A stretch of DNA of 64,000 nt. Source: Phycisphaerae bacterium. GTDB lineage: Bacteria > Planctomycetota > Phycisphaerae > WQYP01. A model generated the notes under the pieces. The model did not search any database and had not been told where the DNA came from. It saw only the letters and a list, made by a program, of their open reading frames with translations. Positions 27,248 to 35,827 of this stretch are shown here, in pieces. The position numbers and the translations under genes are program-made. Location: the NCBI GenBank assembly GCA_035504095.1, contig DATJSN010000070.1:12248-76247 (forward strand), in the 5' to 3' direction. Numbering within the stretch: position 1 is the stretch's first letter; the number at the start of each line of letters is the position of its first letter.

Positions 27248-27946
27248 CTACGTTGCTTCGCCCGCAAGATGGATATACATCGACTGAATTCCAATGCGTC
27301 CGGGACCGGTGAAGCGATTCCAGACCAGGTTGCCGGCACTGGCAAAAAATCCCGTTGAGATTCGCTGCAGTTTGGTTTCCATGTTGACGGTCGGATCTTT
27401 ATAAACCCAACCGCCGGGTTCGATATCGATCTGTTCGCCGCTTTGCAGAGTCGTTTCAAAAATATTTCCGTAACCATGCAGCCAGACAATTCCTTCATCG
27501 TGCGGCGTCGTAAACGTATCAATGAATAAACCGCTTCCGCTGAAAAGCATGTTCGCCGCCCCCTGCACGCGTCGGAAGGAATAATCCACGTTATCCGTCG
27601 CCGCGAGAAACTGGTGTTCGCGCACGTCGAGAGATTGGCCTTTCTTTAAATGAATGCCGAAAACGTGTCCCACGCCATCGCGGCTGAACGCGATCCGCCC
27701 GTTGCCCTTGGCTTCAGTCATAAAGATTGGCATGCCCGCAAAAATTCGCTTAAAGGCGCCTTTGAGCGTTTTAACGCCGACGTTCACGGCGGGGTCTTTC
27801 CAGAGCAGCACGTGATGTTCGAAATAAATACCCATTGAACTGAGTTCGACCTGGAGCACCGGGACGAGTTCCCCCTCAATGTGATAGGTCACGCCGGCGT
27901 ATTGTTCGTTTAATGCCGACGTGCGGAGTAGCGATGGAACGGCCAT
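27248..27946 (-). CDS. AIM24 / TIGR00266-family protein (DUF124)
   Basis: Trimmed to ATG 27946 (GAGGAGG 8 nt upstream). The beta-rich sequence is typical of the AIM24 family (YHIEGELVPVLQVEL...GMPIFMTEAKGNGRIAFSRDG...VWLHGYGNIFE). Confidence 0.65.
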   Translation of the reverse strand: MAVPSLLRTSALNEQYAGVTYHIEGELVPVLQVELSSMGIYFEHHVLLWKDPAVNVGVKTLKGAFKRIFAGMPIFMTEAKGNGRIAFSRDGVGHVFGIHLKKGQSLDVREHQFLAATDNVDYSFRRVQGAANMLFSGSGLFIDTFTTPHDEGIVWLHGYGNIFETTLQSGEQIDIEPGGWVYKDPTVNMETKLQRISTGFFASAGNLVWNRFTGPGRIGIQSMYIHLAGEAT

Positions 27947-28020
27947 GGTGAATCCTCCTCGAAAGATTTTCAGGTGAAGATTAGAGCACGAGAACATTAA
28001 TTGAACAAGCGAACGTTCGG

Positions 28021-28764
28021 TTATCCCTTCACCTTATCGGAAAAATAAGGTGCGTGCGGCATCAGTTTCTCGCGGTACGTTGCGCTTAACCAGACGCTAG
28101 TCCAGAGTTCGTTGACACTCAATATGTCCAGCACCAATAAGTAGCTCACCGGGTCGTGCAGTGTTGAAACCGGCTGACCCGATTCGTGCAGATCCTTGAT
28201 CTTGCTCGATCCGCCGGCGGATATGGCTTTTTGTAATAGCGGTGCACACCGGCCGGAATCCACGCGTTTAAGCGAGCGGAAAATTTTCCACTGGATCAGA
28301 AATTTCACCATCAGCACCGCGGGAAATGAAACGAAACGCAACAATAGCGGCGGCGGTACATCGTCGTCTAATAGATCGATTCCCAGAGAAGTATAAAAGA
28401 GCGGCCCGTGAACGGTGCCCGTGAGCCAGTCTTTCGGCGGCCGGTGTTCGGAGTTGCTGAAAAAAACCCAGCGCAATTCCCATTCATTGCGAAAGCTGAT
28501 GGCCAACAAAATCAGATAGATCAGAACCAATATACCGGAAAGAATAATAATGATGTGTTCGGCAACGGAAAATTTAAATAAAACCGCGACGAAAATTAGG
28601 AAATATGCCGAGCAACAAATCAGCAATGTGATAATCATCAAAGGCAATATCAGTGCGACCAGAAGCGCGACAATTCCGCTGAAAACAAGCCGGATTCCCC
28701 AGTGTTGCCGCCTGCGGGCGATAAATTTCGCTAGGTATTCAAGGTTTAGATGTTCCTGGGTCAT
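28021..28764 (-). CDS. Hypothetical membrane protein (3 N-terminal TM helices + soluble C-terminal domain)
   Basis: 247-aa ORF, co-directional with its neighbours. I recognise no motif. Confidence 0.45.
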   Translation of the reverse strand: MTQEHLNLEYLAKFIARRRQHWGIRLVFSGIVALLVALILPLMIITLLICCSAYFLIFVAVLFKFSVAEHIIIILSGILVLIYLILLAISFRNEWELRWVFFSNSEHRPPKDWLTGTVHGPLFYTSLGIDLLDDDVPPPLLLRFVSFPAVLMVKFLIQWKIFRSLKRVDSGRCAPLLQKAISAGGSSKIKDLHESGQPVSTLHDPVSYLLVLDILSVNELWTSVWLSATYREKLMPHAPYFSDKVKG

Positions 28765-28853
28765 AGGGCCTCGTATTTGGACGCTTATTTACTGGCAATA
28801 GATGATGCCGCTATTAGATTATCTGCGCGTAAGTTGAGAAAAGGAAAGAAAAA

Positions 28854-29195
28854 TTACGTTTCTGCGCCCGCTGGCGGTTTGCCTTTGCCTTCGGCAATAT
28901 ATGTTCGTCTACCGGCGGCCCATTGGTCGGGGTCAATTTCACCCGGCGGCTGATTTCGCGCCTCGGGCGAAGTGCCTGGCGATTCGTCCTGCCGCCATGG
29001 AGGAGCGTGGCGGCCACAAATGCGGGTGTGAATTTTGGCCAGCATGGGCCGGCACCATCCACAACCTGTTCCCGCGGAAAGGCACTCGGAAATCTGTGAC
29101 GGATACAGCGGTTTTTGAGCGTTGCAGAAAGCTTCGATTTTCCGCAGCGAAACGTGGAAACAGAAGCAAACAGTGTCGTCAGGTTTTAAAGCCAT
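28854..29195 (-). CDS. BFD-like [2Fe-2S]-binding domain protein
   Basis: Trimmed to ATG 29195. The pattern VCFCFHV...LSAGTGCGWC (CxC...CxxC) is characteristic of bacterioferritin-associated-ferredoxin-like domains. The C-terminal ~55 aa are Pro/Gly/charged-rich. Confidence 0.65.
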   Translation of the reverse strand: MALKPDDTVCFCFHVSLRKIEAFCNAQKPLYPSQISECLSAGTGCGWCRPMLAKIHTRICGRHAPPWRQDESPGTSPEARNQPPGEIDPDQWAAGRRTYIAEGKGKPPAGAET

Positions 29196-29278
29196 AATAA
29201 TGATTATAACAATAGGATAACCCGATATCTGAATAGCCTTGGCCAACAAGCACGGAATCAGATATTCTAAAGAAAACC

Positions 29279-29352
29279 GGGCGATTAGCTCAGTTGGTTA
29301 GAGCGCCGTGTTTACACCGCGGATGTCACAGGTTCGAGTCCTGTATCGCCCA
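29279..29352 (+). tRNA. tRNA-Val (anticodon UAC)
   Basis: Manual cloverleaf of 74 nt. The acceptor stem is GGGCGAT/ATCGCCC, the D stem GCTC/GAGC and the anticodon stem CCGTG/CGCGG. The loop is TTTACAC, the variable loop ATGTC and the T arm ACAGG-TTCGAGT-CCTGT, with discriminator A. CCA is not encoded. Confidence 0.9.
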
Positions 29353-29380
29353 TTGCCCTCCTGACGGCGGAGACGATTTG

Positions 29381-31645
29381 ATGTCCACGATGACCACACA
29401 GCAAGCGCTGGATTTGGCCCTCCAGCATCACCATGCCGGCCGACTCCCTCAGGCGGAAGCCATTTATCGCGAAATACTGGCCCGCGACCCCAAACATTCC
29501 GATGCCTGGCATTTACTGGGCGTGGTCGCCCACATGGTGGGACGTAATCAGGAAGCCGTGGAACTTATCGGCAGGGCCGTTAAGCTTAATCCCACGACGG
29601 CGATTTATTACAACAGTGCGGGCGTAGCCCTGATGGCACTGGGCCGCGTCGATGACGCCATTATGGCCTATCAATCGGCGCTAAGATACAAACAGAATTA
29701 TCCCGAAGCACATAACAATCTGGGCAATGCGCTTAAAGCGCAGAAGCGATTGGTCGCCGCGATCACCGCTTTCCAGACCGCGGTGACAATCAAGCCCGAT
29801 TACGCCGAGGCCTGGAACAGTCTGGGCACAATTTATTTAACCCAGCGCCGGCATGCCGAAGCGGCCACGGCGTTTCGCACAGCCATTGAACGAGGCAAAA
29901 ATTATTTTGAAGCGCACAACAACCTGGGGCTGGTGCTGCTGCTGCAGGGGTTCTATCAGCAGGCGGCTGATGAATATCGCCAGGCGCTGCAAATCAAGCC
30001 CGATGACGCGGCCGTTCACAATAATCTCGGTCAAGCGCTGGCCCAGCAAGGTCAACTTGACGCCGCCATCGCTGAATATCACGAAGCGCTGCGCCTGAAG
30101 CCCGATCTGGCTGACTCGCACAATAATCTGGGTTATACGCTCAGATCACAGTGGCAATTTGATGCCGCCATTGCCTCCTGCCGCACCGCTGTTGAGCTTA
30201 AACCGGATTTCGCCGACGCGTGGAATAATCTTGGCATCGCACTGCGGGAAAATAAGCGCGTCGATGAATCTCTTGGAGCTTTCCAGCAGGGGCTGCGTTT
30301 AACTCCTAATGACGCCAAGATTCACAATAATCTTGCCAATTCGCTCAAGGATTTGGGGAAAATCGACGCGGCCATCGCCGCTTACCGTACCGCGCTCAAG
30401 TTGAACCCAAACATGGCGTCGATTCACAGCAACCTGATATACACGCTGCATCTGCATGGCGATTACGATGCCGCCGCGATCCATGAAGAGCAGGTTCGCT
30501 GGAACCAGCGCCACGCTGAACCGCTCAAGTCATTCATGACGCCGCACCCGCAGGACCGTGATCCTGATCGCCGGTTGAAAATTGGTTATGTCTCGCCCGA
30601 TTTGGCCGCGCATGTGATCGGCTGGAATCTGCTGGAACTTTTTGAACATCTGGACAGGGAAAAATACGAAATTTACTGCTACTCCGGCGTCATGAACCCG
30701 GATGAAATTACGGATCGCCTGCGCGCTCGGTGCGCCGGCTGGCGCAGCATTGTAGGCGTCAGCGATCGCGATGCGGCGCAAATGATTCGCGACGATCGAA
30801 TCGATATTCTGATCGATTTATCGCTTCATACCGCCGGCAACCGGCTGCTGATTTTCGCCCATAAACCCGCGCCCGTGCAGGCGACATGGCTGGGTTATCC
30901 GGGTTCGACGGGCCTTTCCGCGATTGATTATCGCCTTTCCGACCCGCATCTTGACCCGCCGGAGACGGATCTGTCGGTCTATAGCGAAAAAACTTTGCGT
31001 TTGCCTGAAACATTCTGGTGTTATCATGCCGGTCCCACGCCCGATCCGTCGCCGCCGCCTGTCCTGGAAGCAGGATTTATCACTTTTGGCTCACTGAATA
31101 ATTTCCACAAAATTTCGCCCGCGGTTTTGAACTTGTGGGCGCGCATCCTCAAACGCGTCGAACATTCGCGGCTGATCGTTCACTGCAAACCCGGTTCACA
31201 TCTGGAGGAGCTCCACGGAGAATTTATTCCCATGGGTATTCTGCGGGACCGGGTGGAATTCGTCGGCCAACAAAGCTGGGAAAAATATATCGGGACATAC
31301 GCGCGTATCGACGTCGCGCTGGATCCGTTTCCCTATTGCGGCGGCATTACTACTTGCGACGCCTTGTGGATGGGCGTGCCGGTGGTGACTTTATCCGGCC
31401 GCACTGCGGTAGGCCGCGCTGGGCGCAGCATTCTTTCCAATGTCGGCCTGCCCGAACTGGTCGCAAAAAATATGGAAGAATATATCGACATCGCCGTTAA
31501 TCTTGCAGGCGATTTGCCCCGGCTTCAGGAGTTTCACACATCGCTCAGGCAGCGCATGCGGACCTCACCGCTCATGGATGCCCCGCGTTTTGCCCGCAAT
31601 ATGGAGGCGGCGTATCGGGAAATGTGGCATAGCGTGGTCAAATAG
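29381..31645 (+). CDS. TPR-repeat protein with C-terminal GT41 (O-GlcNAc-transferase/SPINDLY-like) domain
   Basis: Trimmed to ATG 29381, because the track ORF start overlaps tRNA-Val. About 11 TPR units are present (AExxYRxALxxxPxxxxAxxNLG). The C-terminal region (KIGYVSPDL, FGSLNNFHKISP, DVALDPFPYCGGITTCDALWMGVPVVT) is typical of bacterial GT41. Confidence 0.8.
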   Translation: MSTMTTQQALDLALQHHHAGRLPQAEAIYREILARDPKHSDAWHLLGVVAHMVGRNQEAVELIGRAVKLNPTTAIYYNSAGVALMALGRVDDAIMAYQSALRYKQNYPEAHNNLGNALKAQKRLVAAITAFQTAVTIKPDYAEAWNSLGTIYLTQRRHAEAATAFRTAIERGKNYFEAHNNLGLVLLLQGFYQQAADEYRQALQIKPDDAAVHNNLGQALAQQGQLDAAIAEYHEALRLKPDLADSHNNLGYTLRSQWQFDAAIASCRTAVELKPDFADAWNNLGIALRENKRVDESLGAFQQGLRLTPNDAKIHNNLANSLKDLGKIDAAIAAYRTALKLNPNMASIHSNLIYTLHLHGDYDAAAIHEEQVRWNQRHAEPLKSFMTPHPQDRDPDRRLKIGYVSPDLAAHVIGWNLLELFEHLDREKYEIYCYSGVMNPDEITDRLRARCAGWRSIVGVSDRDAAQMIRDDRIDILIDLSLHTAGNRLLIFAHKPAPVQATWLGYPGSTGLSAIDYRLSDPHLDPPETDLSVYSEKTLRLPETFWCYHAGPTPDPSPPPVLEAGFITFGSLNNFHKISPAVLNLWARILKRVEHSRLIVHCKPGSHLEELHGEFIPMGILRDRVEFVGQQSWEKYIGTYARIDVALDPFPYCGGITTCDALWMGVPVVTLSGRTAVGRAGRSILSNVGLPELVAKNMEEYIDIAVNLAGDLPRLQEFHTSLRQRMRTSPLMDAPRFARNMEAAYREMWHSVVK

Positions 31646-31700
31646 CGCCAAGAAAATAAATAAGAGACTTGGTTTACGGAAAATTTGGAAAGGAAATGGC

Positions 31701-32951
31701 ATGCAGTGGCAAAAAGGGTTGTTCACGCTTATTGCGCTAATTTTGATCGGCTCCATGGGCGCTTGTTCGAATTCCAACAATTCATCAACCGCGACATCCA
31801 TACCTCCGCCGCAACCGGGAACTTCGGTTGAGCCGGCGACGCAGGGTTCCAGTTCCTCCTCTGAACAAGTAAATCTGGGCTTCACCGCCGCCGAAGGGCA
31901 AGCCGAAGAGCAACCGACCATTACCGTTATAGCCGAAACGCAACCGGTTACCGGATTAGCAGAGATGCCGACTACGCACCACGCCGCGCACCATACTAAA
32001 AGTTCAACAACCGAGCCCAGCACGCCGATTGTTGCTTCTCACGGCGGCCTGGGAGACCATCCATTTCTCTTTGTCGGCGAGGAAAATCCAAACATATATA
32101 TGGTCAAGGACGGCAAAGTTATTTGGACCTATACCCTGCCTAAATCACCCTGGACAACCGGCATCAATAAAGGCTTTAGCGAACTCGACGACATCTGGCA
32201 GCTCTCCAACGGCAACATCCTTTTTGATACCGGCATCGGGGCAATGGAAATCACCTATCCGGACAAAAAAGTCGTCTGGCAATATGTAGGCCCTCAGGGA
32301 ATTCAGATTCATTCCGTCCAGCCCATCGGGGCCGACCGTGTGCTGCTGATGCAGAATGGAACGCCCGCCAAAATGATGATCTTCGATACGCGCACCGGCC
32401 ATCTTGTATGGCAGATGATTATGCAGACAAAGGACAACACCACGTTCACCTTCGGTAATATTCACGGCCAGTTCCGGCACGTGCGCATGACCGACGCCGG
32501 GACTTTCCTTGTGCCCCACATGAATCTGGAAGAGGTTCGCGAATATACACCCGATGGCAAAATCATCTGGTCGGTTCCGGCTAAATCGCCCTGGGCGGCG
32601 GTGCGGCTTAAAAACGGCGATACGCTCATCAGCGAAAACCAGAACGGCGACGTGATTGAAGTGAACCACGCCGGCAAAATCGTCTGGGAGGTTTCCAATA
32701 AGGACATGCCGCCCGGGATTAAACTGATGACCGTTCAGGAATGTGACCGTCTGGCCAACGGCGACACACTGATCTGCAACTGGAGCGGAAAAAAGTCCGA
32801 TTGGAAAACCATGGCCCAGGTCATTGAAGTTACGCCTGATAAAAAAGTCGTCTGGGTATTGCGCGATTATCAGGATATTCCCGCGCCGGGAACGGCGATA
32901 GAGTTCCTCGACGAACCGGGCATTCCCGAGTTGGGCGACATGCAGCGATAA
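31701..32951 (+). CDS. Lipoprotein with beta-propeller (PQQ-like repeat) domain
   Basis: Trimmed to ATG 31701 (AAGGAA upstream). It has lipobox LIGSMGAC|S, a Ser/Thr/Pro-rich linker, and about 6 repeats of the xDGK(V/I)(V/I)W type (KDGKVIWTY, DKKVVWQY, GHLVWQM, DGKIIWSV, AGKIVWEV, DKKVVWVL). Confidence 0.6.
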   Translation: MQWQKGLFTLIALILIGSMGACSNSNNSSTATSIPPPQPGTSVEPATQGSSSSSEQVNLGFTAAEGQAEEQPTITVIAETQPVTGLAEMPTTHHAAHHTKSSTTEPSTPIVASHGGLGDHPFLFVGEENPNIYMVKDGKVIWTYTLPKSPWTTGINKGFSELDDIWQLSNGNILFDTGIGAMEITYPDKKVVWQYVGPQGIQIHSVQPIGADRVLLMQNGTPAKMMIFDTRTGHLVWQMIMQTKDNTTFTFGNIHGQFRHVRMTDAGTFLVPHMNLEEVREYTPDGKIIWSVPAKSPWAAVRLKNGDTLISENQNGDVIEVNHAGKIVWEVSNKDMPPGIKLMTVQECDRLANGDTLICNWSGKKSDWKTMAQVIEVTPDKKVVWVLRDYQDIPAPGTAIEFLDEPGIPELGDMQR

Positions 32952-34079
32952 TCACCACGCTCCGTTTTGCACGTTCCGCACGGGAACCATGGTGGTGTCA
33001 TACGGCGGTGAATTTCTTGTGTTGGGAAGTTCGGGCTGCGGCTGATTGATGCCAATGCCGGTCATCGCTTGCTGGACGCCCGCGGCGTTATTCCAAGTAA
33101 AAATGTTATCGATATTTTCGTCAACATACGGTGTTGAATCAAACTCGACGTGCCCATCGGCAAAGCCAATATTCTGACCATCACCATTATGATTGCCTGA
33201 ATTGTAAATGTATGGTCCATAGGTATTGTTGGTTGGCATGGTTGTTGTATTACGGGCAAACTCGTCAGTTCCAACGCCGCTCTGCGGTGCCATATCGGAG
33301 ATAACAGGAATTCCTGCGTTGGTGTCATTAATCCACCAGTTGCCTGGTCGTTCTGGATTCATTGCCGAAGCGTTTTTGTCATATGCCCACGGATAAGCGA
33401 TTGAGTAACTCTCGCCCTGACCGGTCGTACTAAGCGTGCCGCTGCCACCCGACATACCGCCGAAGTTTCCAAAACAACATTGCGAATTGGTTGTATATTC
33501 CTGCGAAGGCGTATTAGCGAATGGATCCGCCGGACATATAAACATTTTAGGCGTATCTTCCCCGGCAAGCACCAACAACCAAAGCGATCCGAGTGGGTCG
33601 GCATAATGAGGAGAGTTGGCTCTGTTGAACCAATCAGAAGTAACTCCTATTGCGGACTGATTATTGGTCCAGCCAACAGGATTTTGCGGCTGGTTCTCGT
33701 ACGTATTACCGGTTGGTCCTGGCACGCATGGGAAAACGCCGCCATTTGACTGGGCATAAATCGCCATGGACTGCAAAATGCTTCTAATATTTGCCTCGCA
33801 TGTCGTCCGACTTGCCGCCCTTTGGGCCGCCAACATTGCGGGTGGAAGAATCAGCACGGCAAAAAAAACGAGCAATCCGCTAAAAATTGTTCCGGCCAGG
33901 GCAAACCCCCTTGGCTGCCGCTGCAGTCCAAGGATTCCCAGGATCAGACTTATGGGAAACATGAAGACCATGACTTTGAATGAACCGGTGATGACGCACA
34001 GCAGCCCCATCATTGCAAAAACAAATGAAAGGGTGCCGGGAACATTGGTCTTATTTGGTTCAGGAGATTGTTGGCTCAT
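32952..34079 (-). CDS. DUF1559 / H-X9-DG-type pseudopilin-like protein with atypical N-terminus
   Basis: 375 aa. GFALAGTIFSGLLVFFAVLILPPAMLAAQRAASRTTCEANIRSI is colinear with prepilin GFTLxELLVV...LLPAxxxAREAARRxxCxNNLKQI. The C-terminal GNHNGDGQNIGFADGHVEF is H-X9/10-DG-like. It is preceded by a ~60-aa extension with two hydrophobic helices. Confidence 0.7.
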   Translation of the reverse strand: MSQQSPEPNKTNVPGTLSFVFAMMGLLCVITGSFKVMVFMFPISLILGILGLQRQPRGFALAGTIFSGLLVFFAVLILPPAMLAAQRAASRTTCEANIRSILQSMAIYAQSNGGVFPCVPGPTGNTYENQPQNPVGWTNNQSAIGVTSDWFNRANSPHYADPLGSLWLLVLAGEDTPKMFICPADPFANTPSQEYTTNSQCCFGNFGGMSGGSGTLSTTGQGESYSIAYPWAYDKNASAMNPERPGNWWINDTNAGIPVISDMAPQSGVGTDEFARNTTTMPTNNTYGPYIYNSGNHNGDGQNIGFADGHVEFDSTPYVDENIDNIFTWNNAAGVQQAMTGIGINQPQPELPNTRNSPPYDTTMVPVRNVQNGAW

Positions 34080-34106
34080 ACAGCAGCCTCAATTTCTATT
34101 TAATAT

Positions 34107-34634
34107 TCATATTCCACTCGCCGGATTTGAAGGGTTTATGGGCGGTGGCGCAGCCTGCGGCGGCGCGGTCATCGTCAGCGTGCCAGCCGAAGTTACAATG
34201 TTCGGTGGAATCTGAGCGCGCAAATCCCATGCCTTGACCAGAAAAATGATTAAAAGCACCAGCGCCGCGATCCCCGGCAAAACGCCAATATAGGGCACAA
34301 TCGCACAACAGGCACATATACAATACGCCAGTGCAACAGAATAGCCACAATCGCCCACGTCCGTGCGGCCGATGCTGTCGAAATATTTTTTATAACTTGT
34401 AGCCAATGAGGGATAAATAAAGAATATCCAAACGAGGCGAAAGAAGGGAATAAACAACAGCCATACCATCCACGAATCACGAATGCGGAACTGCCGGGGT
34501 ATGCGTTCGTAACATGAATAAACGATGCAATAGATAAAAACTTTGATAGCTAGCGAAATCATGATGATAAAGAAGGCGAAAACAACGATCAGCAGAATAA
34601 GAAAAACTGGAAACGGGGCCGGATGAACGGGCAT
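34107..34634 (-). CDS. Small Cys-rich 4-TM membrane protein, paralog 1
   Basis: Trimmed to ATG 34634 (GAGGAG upstream). The core is ~70% identical to the next gene (FF.xVW.FF.YP.LATSYK.YF.S.GRTDVGDCGY..ALAYCIC.CC.I.PY.G...ALVLLIIFLVKAWDLR.QIP), with a Pro-rich tail. Confidence 0.6.
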   Translation of the reverse strand: MPVHPAPFPVFLILLIVVFAFFIIMISLAIKVFIYCIVYSCYERIPRQFRIRDSWMVWLLFIPFFRLVWIFFIYPSLATSYKKYFDSIGRTDVGDCGYSVALAYCICACCAIVPYIGVLPGIAALVLLIIFLVKAWDLRAQIPPNIVTSAGTLTMTAPPQAAPPPINPSNPASGI

Positions 34635-34663
34635 GTCTGACTCCTCTTGCCGAGTACCACACA

Positions 34664-35143
34664 TCACATGGCGGGTGTGGGCGCTGGAGGCGGAACAGCA
34701 GGCAAAGTCGCCGGATTTTCCGGAATTTGGGAGCGTAAATCCCACGCTTTAACCAGGAAAATAATCAGGAGCACCAGCGCCGCAAGTGCCGTCAAAATGC
34801 CCAAATAGGGAATAATAGAGCAGCAACCACATATACAGTAAGCCAGGGCTATACCGTATCCACAGTCGCCCACATCGGTGCGCCCCACGCTGTTGAAATA
34901 ATTTTTATAACTGGTTGCCAGTGTGGGATAAACGAAGAAAACCCAGACGATATTGAAAAATGGAATAAGTAAAAGCCAAACCAGACCGGGTTCACGCAGA
35001 CGGAACTGCGGCGGTATGCGCTTGAAGCACGAATATACCAGCCAGCAGATTAAAACAGCGATCGCCACCATGACCACAAAGACAAAGAGACAAAAGAGAA
35101 GCAGCAGAACGGCGAGAACAATTTTTGATTGATCATCGTTCAT
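34664..35143 (-). CDS. Small Cys-rich 4-TM membrane protein, paralog 2
   Basis: Trimmed to ATG 35143 (AGGAGG 5 nt upstream). Tandem paralog of 34107-34634. Confidence 0.6.
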   Translation of the reverse strand: MNDDQSKIVLAVLLLLFCLFVFVVMVAIAVLICWLVYSCFKRIPPQFRLREPGLVWLLLIPFFNIVWVFFVYPTLATSYKNYFNSVGRTDVGDCGYGIALAYCICGCCSIIPYLGILTALAALVLLIIFLVKAWDLRSQIPENPATLPAVPPPAPTPAM

Positions 35144-35317
35144 AGACGCCTCCTGAACACACAACGTCGGATTGTCTGACGGTTTTCGTACAACCTTTGA
35201 ATTACCGCCTCCGACTTTTACTTGACTTACTTCACGCGGCACGAAATGCCACAGATATTGTTAGACAGACTTAAGATTCTCTCAGTATACATCATCGTCC
35301 GCATACGGCAAGAATTA

Positions 35318-35827
35318 TTACCCCAGCCGTACTTGCACTTTTATGGGTTTCCACGCGTTGGCCTCCAGATCAAAACACCAGGCGCATATGTCTTTGACGC
35401 CATCAACGCCAATGGCGGCGATCAGATAAACCAGTTCCGGCCACGCGGATTCGGTATCGATTTTGCTGGGCGTAGCGCTGCCATTCGGGTGTGAATGATA
35501 GATGCCCGATATCGCCTGATTTTGACATTGAGCATGTGCCTCGGCTTTCCGCCATTCGCGCGGGTCGATTTTGTACGAATTGGTGCGATCGACCGTGGTG
35601 TTTTCTGCGGAAATCACCGCGGTGATGCGCCGCTCAGGTAAAAACAAATCTCCCGCATCGCCGATCAAAAATCCGCACACTTCATTGGGAAATTCTTTTT
35701 GAGCAAGGCGTACAATGATGGCCATTGCCTCAGGCGTCAGATGGACATGTGAAACTTTTATAGTCACAATGTTTTTATCGGTATAATTCCCGCTAATCTG
35801 TGTAATATGTGATGAGCAGTCAAGCAT
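35318..35827 (-). CDS. JAB/MPN+ (JAMM) metalloprotease domain protein
   Basis: It carries the complete JAMM signature: E in PNEVCGFLIG, then HSHPNGSATPSKID (HxHx7Sx2D). The start is uncertain (35827 or 35860). Either choice abuts or overlaps the divergent rhodanese start. Confidence 0.75.
   Translation of the reverse strand: MLDCSSHITQISGNYTDKNIVTIKVSHVHLTPEAMAIIVRLAQKEFPNEVCGFLIGDAGDLFLPERRITAVISAENTTVDRTNSYKIDPREWRKAEAHAQCQNQAISGIYHSHPNGSATPSKIDTESAWPELVYLIAAIGVDGVKDICAWCFDLEANAWKPIKVQVRLG

Noticed and set aside
29294-29380. N-terminal extension of the TPR/GT41 ORF as given in the track (start 29294).
   Set aside because: The extension is the translation of the tRNA-Val gene itself (29279-29352). 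ATG 29381 with an upstream GGAG is the plausible start.
31440-31700. N-terminal 87 codons of the track ORF 31440-32951.
   Set aside because: They overlap the 3' end of the GT41 gene in another frame. A lipoprotein signal peptide with lipobox begins at ATG 31701, preceded by AAGGAA.
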